Shown here: positions 52,322 to 61,512 of the stretch, piece by piece
How positions within the stretch are numbered: position 1 is the first letter of the stretch
How the letters are laid out: every line of letters starts with the position of its first letter
Notes under the pieces: model-generated
Database searches by the model: none
The model's input: the letters and a program-made list of their open reading frames with translations, nothing else
What the model was told of the DNA's origin: nothing
Origin: Bdellovibrionales bacterium
Lineage (GTDB): Bacteria; Bdellovibrionota; Bdellovibrionia; Bdellovibrionales; UBA1609
Direction: 5' to 3'
DNA: 64,000 nt
Assembly (NCBI GenBank): GCA_020630675.1
Contig: JAHDIR010000005.1
Coordinates: forward strand, 7,178 to 71,177
Translations under genes and position numbers: made by a program

Positions 52322-52354
52322 AACGTCTCCATAAACTGAATAATTTGAAAAAAT

Positions 52355-52606
52355 TTATTTGGTTAGGTAATTAACAAAATTCTGTTGTGAAATTTTATTT
52401 TCTCCATCTATTACTGACAAAGCTTTCTCTATAAAGAGCAAGCTTGAGTCAATTTGTTTTTTACTGTGTTCCTCATCGCTTAATTCATTTCTAATTTTCA
52501 TGATTAAGTCAGATAAATCCTGTTTATCTAACTTTTGTTTTGAAGCATATACAGAACAACAAAATAAATAAATTAAGAGAATTAATAATTTACATTTAAT
52601 CACCAC
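52355..52606 (-). CDS. Small secreted helical protein
   Basis: AAGGAGG SD, signal peptide, lies within an operon. Confidence 0.65.
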   Translation of the reverse strand: MVIKCKLLILLIYLFCCSVYASKQKLDKQDLSDLIMKIRNELSDEEHSKKQIDSSLLFIEKALSVIDGENKISQQNFVNYLTK

Positions 52607-52650
52607 AGCTACCTCCTTGTAACTTTGTTTAAAACTTCATAAATCGTAAT

Positions 52651-54588
52651 CTAATTTTTAACTAATTTAACACTTTTAAATTTATAGTGAGCCACATATG
52701 TACAAGCACTTTCTACATCATTTCTAGATGTTGTTTTTACATAGTAATAATTGTCACCTTCAGATGACATTGGCAAAACTACAGAATGAGCATTTCCAAA
52801 AATAACACTCTGATGAAGAGAATGCTGACATAATGCATCGGCAAAAACTTCTAAAGAAACCCCAGGAGTTGATAAAATTCCTGTAGCAACAAGCTCTACA
52901 GGATTAACTGAAGACGTTTCTCCATTTTTTATTCCAACTAAATGCCACCGCCAATTGTTTGGATTTGGCTCTTCATGAGAGGGCAACATTCTTCCCACTC
53001 CCAGTAAGTCTACCGAGCTCACCTGAAGAGATAAACCATCTTCATAAAAAACTTGTAGAGTGTCAGAAAAAACCCCTTCGTTTTCAGGCCTAAATTCAAC
53101 ACCAAACACACAGGTTTTGCCCTGTTGCAGATGAGGGCCGCACTCCTGATCTTTAAGCTCATGGTTTTCTAACTTATAAAATGGGCCCATTTTATCATTA
53201 AAGTTTAAATTTGTGGCCTCACTTTCTCCAACATTTGTAACTGTTAAAAGCTTTGAGGTGGATGTATTCACTTTGTTAGAACCAAAATTAAACAGAGGTG
53301 ACTCATTAAATACTAAAAATGCTGGAAGCACGGATACGCCTAGTAAATTTTTAGTAAAAAATTTGGTTTTAGCACCATCAAAATAACTTAACTTTAACTG
53401 ACCATTATTAATTCCTCTGGCCGTTGGTGAAAAACTCACAACAATGTTGCACATTGTTCCTGGGGCAATTTCATTATTACAAATATATTCTTTTTCTAAT
53501 GATTTATTTTTTAAAACGGAAAAGGGACGTCCCGAAGCTTTCAACTTTATTTCAGAAATAGAGCTTAAGCCTATATTTTTGATTTCGAAAATTTGGTTAA
53601 CTTTATCACCCAAGGTGAGCTCTTTAAATCTAAAAGGGTCTGATTGACTCATTAATAATTGTCCAGGAGGTTGTCCTCTCCCTATTAAAGACAGATTTAT
53701 GTGCTGGGTACTTACACCATTATTATATTCTAATAACAAAGTAGCATTGTTTTTCAAGTCGTCTTGGGGTTGAAATTCAATCAAAAATTCACACTCTTGG
53801 CCTTTAACTAACTGATTTTGACAATGGTATTTTTGATTTAGATCAGGGTTATTCTTAATTACAAAAGCTTTTGATAATCCGTTTTTCCATTTGAAGTTTA
53901 TACTTTGAGCAATGTATCCTCCCCTATGAAAAACTTGAAAACGATAGTGAGATTTGGCTCCAATTGTTGTTTTAAAAAAATTATAACTATGTCGGCTAAG
54001 CACTAACAAAGCTGGTTCTACAATTTTATAATTTACTTTAAATTGGTTTTGAACAGAATTTACTGAATTAAAATAATTTAACTTTAGAGAGACTGTTCTT
54101 GAGGACAACTGGTCAGCTGACAATTGTAAAAAAAGACTACATTTTTTACCTGGCTCTAAATCATCAGAACATGTTCCTTTTAAACCCGGAAATTCACCAC
54201 CTACAAAACCAAGCGGGTAACTCAAGCCAGTAACTTCTAAACCTGTAGCCTTTTGTTCTCCAATATTTTCTAAAAGAATTTCAAAAAATTTAAGCTTTCC
54301 AATTGGGATTTCACCCATATCTAATTGATGTTTAAAATTAAATTTAATTTTAGCTGGCTGATAAACAGACGATATATTTTTAAGAGCTTGGTATGATTTG
54401 AGTAAAAGTTTGTAGGTCTTATCAATTTGCTTCTGATGAGGCTGCGAAAAATATAGCTTTTTATCAATAGCATCTAATGATTCATATAGCTTCCATTTTT
54501 CTGACACATGTATATCAACTTCAGCCATAACAACACTTGAAAGAGCAGACGATATAATTATCAAAAAAATAAAAATTAGTTTCATCAA
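52651..54588 (-). CDS. Secreted protein with four Ig-like (ASH/choice-of-anchor D-like) repeats
   Basis: Four units with N/H.G...A and C...L/I..G..C...(L/V).F.P ending L.Y.(N/D)G. Confidence 0.8.
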   Translation of the reverse strand: MMKLIFIFLIIISSALSSVVMAEVDIHVSEKWKLYESLDAIDKKLYFSQPHQKQIDKTYKLLLKSYQALKNISSVYQPAKIKFNFKHQLDMGEIPIGKLKFFEILLENIGEQKATGLEVTGLSYPLGFVGGEFPGLKGTCSDDLEPGKKCSLFLQLSADQLSSRTVSLKLNYFNSVNSVQNQFKVNYKIVEPALLVLSRHSYNFFKTTIGAKSHYRFQVFHRGGYIAQSINFKWKNGLSKAFVIKNNPDLNQKYHCQNQLVKGQECEFLIEFQPQDDLKNNATLLLEYNNGVSTQHINLSLIGRGQPPGQLLMSQSDPFRFKELTLGDKVNQIFEIKNIGLSSISEIKLKASGRPFSVLKNKSLEKEYICNNEIAPGTMCNIVVSFSPTARGINNGQLKLSYFDGAKTKFFTKNLLGVSVLPAFLVFNESPLFNFGSNKVNTSTSKLLTVTNVGESEATNLNFNDKMGPFYKLENHELKDQECGPHLQQGKTCVFGVEFRPENEGVFSDTLQVFYEDGLSLQVSSVDLLGVGRMLPSHEEPNPNNWRWHLVGIKNGETSSVNPVELVATGILSTPGVSLEVFADALCQHSLHQSVIFGNAHSVVLPMSSEGDNYYYVKTTSRNDVESACTYVAHYKFKSVKLVKN

Positions 54589-54799
54589 AAAAAACCCTCC
54601 TTGGTTTTTTGAATCAAAAAGATTGTGTCAGAATTAAACTCACTTGGTCAAATTAAAAAAAGAGCTCTTATTCCTTAAAGCTCTTTAATTTAGGGCTGTT
54701 GGCAGTAATGCCAAGGGTAATTTCAGCTATAGGCAAAAAAAACTTTACCTTTGCCAACAGTGTCTTATAATTAATTATTATTTAACGCCTAGGGATAAC

Positions 54800-55642
54800 A
54801 TGTCGACAAAAATCCAGATAAACCTATTGCAATATCAAGGCTACCTTTGTTTTCTAAATGATTTTGTAAAATTAAAAAAACAAAATTGCCCTGAGTGGAG
54901 CTTGGGAGTTTGGGCAAAAGCACTAGGTTTAAAATCCACCTCATCTATTTCTAAAATTCTTAAAAACGAAAGGGCTCCTGGGGAAAAAATTACGAATTCA
55001 TTGGTTGATTATTTTAATTTCAATGAAAAGGAAAGATTATATTTTAATGATTTAATCAGTCTAGAGAAAACAAAAGACAACTCCCCTATTAAGTCTATAT
55101 TAAAATCTCGCATTGCTCAAAACGGTCACAACAAAGAAATTCAAATTTTAGAAATGAAAACATTCGAAGTCATCAGTAGCTGGTTTCACTTGGCACTTAG
55201 GCAAATGACTCGACTCAAAAAGTTTAAACTCGATACCACTTGGATTAGTAATCAATTTATATTTAAAGTGAATGATAAAGAAATTCAGACGGCACTCAAC
55301 ACCCTTGAAAGAGTCGGCTTAGTTTCTATTCAAAAAAATAAAGTCTCTTTAAAGTCTAAAAGTGTCTCGACCAGTGAAGACATCAAAGATCTAGCTATTC
55401 AAAATTATCATAAAAGCATGCTGAGCAAAGCTAAATCTTCAATTGATTTAGTCCCTGTTAAAAACAGAGAAATTTTGTCAGGAACTTTGTGTTTTAATAA
55501 AAATGATATGCCAAAAGCCAAAGAGTTACTCAGAAACTTTTTAAATGAATTTGGTGAAACAATGGATAGTCAGCAAGCCAACGAGATCTATCAAGTTCAA
55601 TTACAGTTTTTCCCTCTCACACAAATTGAAAAGGAGCAATAA
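54800..55642 (+). CDS. TIGR02147/DUF4423-like HTH protein
   Basis: WS...WAK.LGLKS.S.IS.IL..ER HTH; SWFH.ALR; AIQNYHK; EIYQVQLQFFPL. Confidence 0.85.
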   Translation: MSTKIQINLLQYQGYLCFLNDFVKLKKQNCPEWSLGVWAKALGLKSTSSISKILKNERAPGEKITNSLVDYFNFNEKERLYFNDLISLEKTKDNSPIKSILKSRIAQNGHNKEIQILEMKTFEVISSWFHLALRQMTRLKKFKLDTTWISNQFIFKVNDKEIQTALNTLERVGLVSIQKNKVSLKSKSVSTSEDIKDLAIQNYHKSMLSKAKSSIDLVPVKNREILSGTLCFNKNDMPKAKELLRNFLNEFGETMDSQQANEIYQVQLQFFPLTQIEKEQ

Positions 55643-56925
55643 TGATTCACCTCTTTTTTATTCTAGCTACAGTCTTTTCCTTTCAGGCCTTATCATGGGA
55701 CAAGGTGGGAAACGCAGGGTTTGTCATTGATTGCCAGGGTCAGGTTGAGGTTTTTGATTTTTTTGAAGCTAAAAATAAAAATCAGCTTCTGAGCTTTAGT
55801 TCACTTCCAGGAGAATCTGTTCATGAAAAAGTGGAAGGATTATTAATTAAATTAGAACAACTTGACCCAAACCGTGCCAAAAATTATAGATTTCAATATA
55901 AAAATTTTTGGAATAAAAATAAAATTATCGAAACTGAAAGATCGACTTTTACTCTAAATCATATTGAAGTAAAAGATAAAACCAATCAAAAAGATTACGG
56001 TCTTGGTGATGTATCTATTCCTGAAAACTGTTCTTTAAAACTTGCCTTACAGCAGTTTGCACCAAGCTATAAGGGCGGCTATCGCCAAGGACGTATTCAA
56101 GTAGAAATCTATAGTCAGCTTTGGAACACCTTATCCAATGATATTAAAGCAGGCCTTATTTTACATGAGCTATTTTACCGAGAAAATATTTTACTCGACT
56201 TTAATTTTAACTCCATGGGTGTACGTCAACTTAATGCTCTTCTTGTATCTGATCAGTTTTCAAATATGAAAAAAATTGACTGGGAAGCGTCTTTAAAAAA
56301 GAACCATCTTAACCCAATGTTTCCACTTTTTCATCCTCTTTTCAATCAATCAACAATAGATTTAGAAACGGCACGCGGTCGTTGGAAAGGTTTTAAAACG
56401 TATAATTATGCAGGGCCAATTCTTAAAGGTTTTGTTGATATTTCATTTTTAGCAAGTAAAGAGGTCATTTCACAATCCCCTTATTATATTCTAGGTCATT
56501 ACCCTGAATATTTATCTTTAAAAAATAAATCTGAAGTTCATTTTACAAATCTAGGGCCTATTGATTTAAAAGTAATTGTTCCTGAAACCTGTTTGATTAA
56601 ATTTACTGGAGTTAGATTGAATAACTTAGACCAACCTAAGTTTTTAAGTCTTGGATATAATAAAAAGGGAAAAGTTGATCAAAACTGTCAAGCGCGTTTT
56701 GACCAAAAAAGTAGCTACCGAAACCCACGTATTACTCAAATGAGTTGGGTCAAAGTGAACATAAAAATTGATAAATTCAGTGATATAGAAAAAGTCTTAA
56801 TTTTAGAAAGAGACACGGCTATCTCTAAGTTAACTATTTCAAAAAATGGACAAAATATGAATGCACGGCTTATTAAAATTAACTTAGATACTGGCGAAAT
56901 TTTTCATATTGAGAGTAGAAATTAA
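55642..56925 (+). CDS. Secreted hypothetical protein with HExxY motif
   Basis: TAATG overlap with the upstream gene; signal peptide, DKVGNAG, KAGLILHELFY. Confidence 0.75.
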   Translation: MIHLFFILATVFSFQALSWDKVGNAGFVIDCQGQVEVFDFFEAKNKNQLLSFSSLPGESVHEKVEGLLIKLEQLDPNRAKNYRFQYKNFWNKNKIIETERSTFTLNHIEVKDKTNQKDYGLGDVSIPENCSLKLALQQFAPSYKGGYRQGRIQVEIYSQLWNTLSNDIKAGLILHELFYRENILLDFNFNSMGVRQLNALLVSDQFSNMKKIDWEASLKKNHLNPMFPLFHPLFNQSTIDLETARGRWKGFKTYNYAGPILKGFVDISFLASKEVISQSPYYILGHYPEYLSLKNKSEVHFTNLGPIDLKVIVPETCLIKFTGVRLNNLDQPKFLSLGYNKKGKVDQNCQARFDQKSSYRNPRITQMSWVKVNIKIDKFSDIEKVLILERDTAISKLTISKNGQNMNARLIKINLDTGEIFHIESRN

Positions 56926-56949
56926 ATTCTTTTTTTATTTGGCTAGCAA

Positions 56950-57252
56950 CTAAGAGGCCCTTACTTCCACTTTGTAAGCAAGGCCTGATCGAAGCAAATC
57001 GTCTTGTATCGCTAGTTTAATCAGCTGCTCGGGTGAATACCCTAAAATTTTAGCGTATTCAGCGGCTTTTTGTGGACTTACTTTTTTACGTCCTTTCTCA
57101 ATATCACATAAGTGAGATTTTGATATCCCCAATAGTTCAGCAAAACTTACTTGAGAGTATTCATCGCCCATCCTAATACTATAAATCAGCTCACCAAAAG
57201 TTAAAGGCCCTTTATTTAATTTTTCTAATATTTTTTTTGCTTTAGTACTCAT
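56950..57252 (-). CDS. higA: HigA-like XRE-HTH antitoxin
   Basis: SQ..FAELLGISKSHLCDIEKGRK HTH; overlaps and follows the toxin gene. Confidence 0.8.
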   Translation of the reverse strand: MSTKAKKILEKLNKGPLTFGELIYSIRMGDEYSQVSFAELLGISKSHLCDIEKGRKKVSPQKAAEYAKILGYSPEQLIKLAIQDDLLRSGLAYKVEVRAS

Positions 57253-57523
57253 GTTTGTTTACCTCAGTAATTTCTATAAATTCAATTTCATTATTTTTTG
57301 TAATAACATATATAGCGCGCCAAGATTTTGAAAGCCTAATGCTTCTTTGCCCTTTTCTTTTTCCTTTCAATGGCTCATCATGCCAACCTGGAGTTTTTCT
57401 TGTTAACCTTAAACCATGATCTTCAACTTGACTCACCCAAAAAAGTAGTTTTTTTACTATATATGGTGGAGCTTTTTTTAGTATTTTCTGAGCTTTAGCT
57501 GAGATATCAATGGAGGTTATCAT
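57242..57523 (-). CDS. higB: RelE/HigB-family toxin
   Basis: HDEPLKG.RKGQRSIRLS..WRAIY...EVNKHEY; toxin-first gene order. Confidence 0.85.
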   Translation of the reverse strand: MITSIDISAKAQKILKKAPPYIVKKLLFWVSQVEDHGLRLTRKTPGWHDEPLKGKRKGQRSIRLSKSWRAIYVITKNNEIEFIEITEVNKHEY

Positions 57524-57531
57524 ACAAAAAC

Positions 57532-57560
57532 ACAGTACACCATATTTGTGAACTGGTCAA
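57532..57560 (-). promoter_or_regulatory. sigma70 promoter with overlapping operator palindrome
   Basis: TTGACC-N17-TACTGT, 8 nt before the ATG; CAGTACAC-N7-GTGAACTG inverted repeat over the spacer. Confidence 0.75.
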
Positions 57561-57583
57561 TAGTTAATTTATCTGCTAAATAA

Positions 57584-57696
57584 TAAGAGGCCCTTACTTC
57601 CACTTTGTAAGCAAGGCCTGATCGAAGCAAATCGTCTTGTATCGCTAGTTTAATCAGCTGCTCGGGTGAATACCCTAAAATTTTAGCGTATTCAGC
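57584..57696 (-). pseudogene. Exact 113-bp duplicate of the antitoxin 3' end
   Basis: Identical to 56951-57063. Confidence 0.9.
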
Positions 57697-57813
57697 TATC
57701 CAAATAGACTTTTAAAACATTGAAAAACCCATTTACAGTGAATGAGATGTGCACAGCTTTGTCCCAATATAATACGATAGGATTTATTTTAAATTGAATA
57801 CAGGTTTTTCCAT

Positions 57814-57829
57814 TGGCATATATTATGCA
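57814..57829 (+). promoter_or_regulatory. sigma54-like promoter
   Basis: TGGCATATATTATGCA, GG-N10-GC, 13 nt before ATG 57843. Confidence 0.6.
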
Positions 57830-57842
57830 GTTTTTATGTTAT

Positions 57843-59153
57843 ATGAAAATTTTAAAAAAAATTACTCCACTCCTTTGTATAATTCCTTTACTTTTTTTGT
57901 ATCAAAACTGTGGCAGTGGCTTTAATTCTCAAGTTTCACAATTAGAAAATATCGATGGAAGCTTAACAAGCTCTTCATTAATAAATAATTACTCTTCCAA
58001 TAATCAGGAACCCAATACTGAAGGAGATCAACCTAAGGACAATGTCTCTGTCACAGACAATACAGCAAAAAACAACCCCTCTGACAAATCTCCACCTCCC
58101 TCTCAAGAAACCTTACCAGCAACACCTGTAGATGAACAACAACCCACTGAAAACACTTCTGCTCCTGACAAAATTACATGTGATCACACAGCTTATCCAT
58201 CAAACCTCCAAAGTAAAATAAACAGCCTAGACAGTGGAACTATCTGCTTAAAACCAGGTAACTATGGCCAGGTAATAATTGAAAACAAACTAAAAACATC
58301 ATCAGCCAAACCTTTTCGCTTAATGCCTGACAAAGACGCTGAAGGCCTGGTTAAGTTTGTGGGTGATTCTTTTGCTAAATCTACAATGATTCGTGTTTAC
58401 AACTCAAAGCATATTGAAGTTTATGGCTTATATTTTACAAATGCACAAAAAGCCATTGTTTATGCCAGCGTACAGGGTGGTTTAATCACTCAAAACACCA
58501 TCAGTAATATAGGTATGGAAGCTATACATGTTGGTCGTTTTTACGGAGGAAAACCACGAGGCGATCTACCTTCTTCGTATATAGAGGTGTCTCATAATAT
58601 CATTGAAAACACTGGGTTACTTAAAGACTCCTCAGGGGCTCCAAACCCTTATGGGGAAGGAATCTATATTGGTAACGGCTCTGACCCTAAGACAGATAAA
58701 ACTCATGACATTTTAATTTACAAAAACACTATATCAAACACCAGTGCAGAAGCTATTGAATTAAAACCTTTTACAAGTAATATCCAAGTGATTGAAAATA
58801 TTATTTCAGAAGTTAGTTTGATTCATTCGGGAGCTATCACAGTTGGTGTCGGTTCTGAAACCATTGAAAAAGATAGTAATCACCTCGTACAAGGAAATAA
58901 AATCTTCAATGTTACAAGTAGAAAATATTCTGTTGGTGGTATTGTTGTTGCTGTTGGTAAGACAACTTTGATTGACAATGAGGTTTATAATATTGAAGGC
59001 GGAAGAGATATTAGAATTTACAAATCAATGACTACTGCCAATAAAGAATTTCATAAAGTCATGCTAAGAGGAAATAAAGCCAACAATATTGAGATCAATC
59101 AGTCCAATGGCTCGTACAATGGAGCTAATGCTCAGGTGATTCATTTAGATTAA
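57843..59153 (+). CDS. YQNC-type lipoprotein with right-handed parallel beta-helix
   Basis: FLYQNCG, S/N/P linker, ICLKPGNY, repeated N.I.N...EAI, GEGIYIG. Confidence 0.75.
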   Translation: MKILKKITPLLCIIPLLFLYQNCGSGFNSQVSQLENIDGSLTSSSLINNYSSNNQEPNTEGDQPKDNVSVTDNTAKNNPSDKSPPPSQETLPATPVDEQQPTENTSAPDKITCDHTAYPSNLQSKINSLDSGTICLKPGNYGQVIIENKLKTSSAKPFRLMPDKDAEGLVKFVGDSFAKSTMIRVYNSKHIEVYGLYFTNAQKAIVYASVQGGLITQNTISNIGMEAIHVGRFYGGKPRGDLPSSYIEVSHNIIENTGLLKDSSGAPNPYGEGIYIGNGSDPKTDKTHDILIYKNTISNTSAEAIELKPFTSNIQVIENIISEVSLIHSGAITVGVGSETIEKDSNHLVQGNKIFNVTSRKYSVGGIVVAVGKTTLIDNEVYNIEGGRDIRIYKSMTTANKEFHKVMLRGNKANNIEINQSNGSYNGANAQVIHLD

Positions 59154-59269
59154 AATAAACAATATGACGGTACGGCAGATGCCCCCCACCGAAATTCATT
59201 AATTTAACAAAATCATGATTCAAACTATAAGCAATGCTATGGACAGAGGTAAGTCCGCACTTTTAAACT

Positions 59270-59341
59270 AAAAGGTACGGACACACTTTTAGCCCAAAAG
59301 GTACGGACACACTTCTTGTCCAAAAGTGTGTCCGTACCTTT
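59270..59341. repeat. Dispersed repeat cluster: direct pair plus inverted copy
   Basis: Forward cores at 59275 and 59301 (26 bp apart); reverse core at 59326-59337; the last two form a hairpin between convergent genes. Confidence 0.95.
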
Positions 59342-59344
59342 GAA

Positions 59345-60745
59345 TTAATTTCTGTCTTGTGGGTTGAGTTTTGTGATTCCAGCGTCGGGGTCAATTCCTG
59401 AGTAGCCATTCACAACTTGTGACCAACAAACATCTCCTAATTTCATATAAGTAATACCATCAGGCGACCAATCATGACCATGACCTCCGTACATACCCAT
59501 ATAAAACAAAGAGTCAATCATGGGTTTGTTACCGGCTAGCTGCCAGCCAATATTTGATTTGTTCAAACGTAGCTCTCCATTAATCCAACCTCTAAGGCTA
59601 CCATCAGACTTACCAATCGATGAGTTGGTTGTTATTTCTATCGTTATTTCTATCCACTCTCCAATCGGTGCAGTTTGTGGTCCAATTTCAATATCTTCAC
59701 CGTACTCTGTACTGCGATCTGCCGCATAAGAATAGACAATAATATTTGCCGTGCCATCACGGTTGCCTCGCCAACCCAGTCTTGCAGTAAACCCTTTTGG
59801 GTCATCTTTTCCACCTGTAGGATAAGTACCACTGCCAAAACCAAAGCCAAGTTTACCACCTTGGTAACGCTCACCACCCCAGTCCCAGCCTTTTTCAAAG
59901 TAAATAGACTGCACAAGCCTATAAGTTTGACTACCAGAAATATTAGCCCCCATAGCCACCCACTCAGTGCCTTTGAAGTTAGGAACAAATTTATGCCTAA
60001 GAACTTTACCGTAGCGATCATTATCTTCGACAGATAAAAACTCTCTACCAATAAAAAACCTAGGCGCTTTTTTTAGCCATGTTGTCCAATGACTTAATTG
60101 AGCCGATCCAAAAGAAACATTATTGCGGCCTAAATTTAAACATTGAGCATCGCCAGGGTTACTGCCAACTTTTATGTAACGCCCTAATAAGGGTGGCACC
60201 TCCGGCTCGCTAGGAGCGATATTCACTTCAGTTGAAAAATCTAAGTACTGCCCGTTGGCTACTAATTGAGATCCTCCATTAGCAAAATTATCTGAGCTAT
60301 AATAAACGCGGCCGTAAACTTTATAATCCCCTTCCGGTAAATTAGGGAACGTATAAAAAAGTTGACTGCCTACTCCAGAGGAATCTCCTAGGTCGTTTGA
60401 TCTGGAGTTATCATTATCTTTTTGAGGCTGGCTTCCTAAGTGGTAATCAAAAACTAGTCCTTCATCACTTACACCTTTTTTCAACCTTACAGTTAAAGAC
60501 CTTTCTTGTGCATTCACCTGAATATCTAAAATTTCAGGAGCTCCAGTCGGAGAAAGAGGGACGTTATTGGTATCAGGGGAAGATTGGTTATTCTCTTTGT
60601 TTGACTGGTTATCAGGAGAGCTGCCCGGTGAGCCTTGAAGTGAAAGGGACTCACTTTGAGACAGCCCCGCTTCAAAGGAGCTTCCGCAGTTTTGATAGAA
60701 AAATAAAAGAGGAAGTAAAAAAAGTATTCGTAATAAAGATTTCAT
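59345..60745 (-). CDS. YQNC-type lipoprotein with polysaccharide-lyase-like (PL14-like jelly-roll) domain
   Basis: FFYQNCG, S/P/N linker, YFEKGWDWG...GGKL, FTARLGWR, DGSLRGWING, YGG..DWSP. Confidence 0.65.
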   Translation of the reverse strand: MKSLLRILFLLPLLFFYQNCGSSFEAGLSQSESLSLQGSPGSSPDNQSNKENNQSSPDTNNVPLSPTGAPEILDIQVNAQERSLTVRLKKGVSDEGLVFDYHLGSQPQKDNDNSRSNDLGDSSGVGSQLFYTFPNLPEGDYKVYGRVYYSSDNFANGGSQLVANGQYLDFSTEVNIAPSEPEVPPLLGRYIKVGSNPGDAQCLNLGRNNVSFGSAQLSHWTTWLKKAPRFFIGREFLSVEDNDRYGKVLRHKFVPNFKGTEWVAMGANISGSQTYRLVQSIYFEKGWDWGGERYQGGKLGFGFGSGTYPTGGKDDPKGFTARLGWRGNRDGTANIIVYSYAADRSTEYGEDIEIGPQTAPIGEWIEITIEITTNSSIGKSDGSLRGWINGELRLNKSNIGWQLAGNKPMIDSLFYMGMYGGHGHDWSPDGITYMKLGDVCWSQVVNGYSGIDPDAGITKLNPQDRN

Positions 60746-60756
60746 ACCTTAAAGAA

Positions 60757-60772
60757 TACAATTAGCGTTCCA
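60757..60772 (-). promoter_or_regulatory. sigma54-like promoter
   Basis: Minus strand TGGAACGCTAATTGTA (GG-N10-GT), 11 nt before the ATG. Confidence 0.5.
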
Positions 60773-60923
60773 AATTTATTTCTCATTCAGCTCATAAGAG
60801 CAACGACAATTGAGCTGAACAATTTTATTTTCAACGTCATGTTCAAACATTTTATACTGTCAGTTTTATATTCATTTTTCTTGGGTCTGTTGTTTTTGTC
60901 GTTTCTTAATGTGAGACGCTTTT

Positions 60924-61340
60924 TTATTGCCTAGGCTTTTTAGTGAAGGCTTTAGACTCTAGCTGTTCTAAAGTGGCTACGGTTAAAGAACTCATATGGC
61001 TCGACTCCAAGACCACCTGAGGGGCTTTTCCTTCATCAAAAGCTTCTTTCCAGCGGCTAGCGCAAAGGCACCAATGATCCCCTTCTTTTAAACCAACAAA
61101 TCCAAATTCAGGGCGCGGTGTACTAAGGTCATTGCCTTCTTTTTTAGAAAAATCTAAAAACTCATCGGTCATAACACAACAAACAACATGGTGGCCATGG
61201 TCTGACTCATCTGTTTTGCAAAAACCGTCTCTAAACCAACCCGTCATAGGTTCACAACTACATTCGCTTAAAGGTTGCCCAAAAACATTCAATGATGAGC
61301 TACGATCTTTTGTTTCTCTTAGGTTTATCACTTTACTCAT
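60924..61340 (-). CDS. DUF2237-family protein
   Basis: NVFGQPL..CS.EPMTGWFRDG.C, GNDLSTPRPEF.F.GL..GD.WCLCA.RW. Confidence 0.95.
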   Translation of the reverse strand: MSKVINLRETKDRSSSLNVFGQPLSECSCEPMTGWFRDGFCKTDESDHGHHVVCCVMTDEFLDFSKKEGNDLSTPRPEFGFVGLKEGDHWCLCASRWKEAFDEGKAPQVVLESSHMSSLTVATLEQLESKAFTKKPRQ

Positions 61341-61512
61341 GACTTCTCCTGGTCAAAATGAATAACTTCTATTCCATACACGGAATTTTTACAGGAAGCA
61401 ATTTTTACCTCTTAGAGACTTTACTCGGTCTTTAGAATCTTTTAGAGTCACACTTTTAAAGTGCAAAAAATATTTATAAGATAACCTTTTTCCCATAAAA
61501 CAAAGCCCTCTT

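Noticed and set aside
57813-57842. ORF-track start at TTG 57813
   Set aside because: It falls inside the sigma54-like box; ATG 57843 gives a normal signal peptide.
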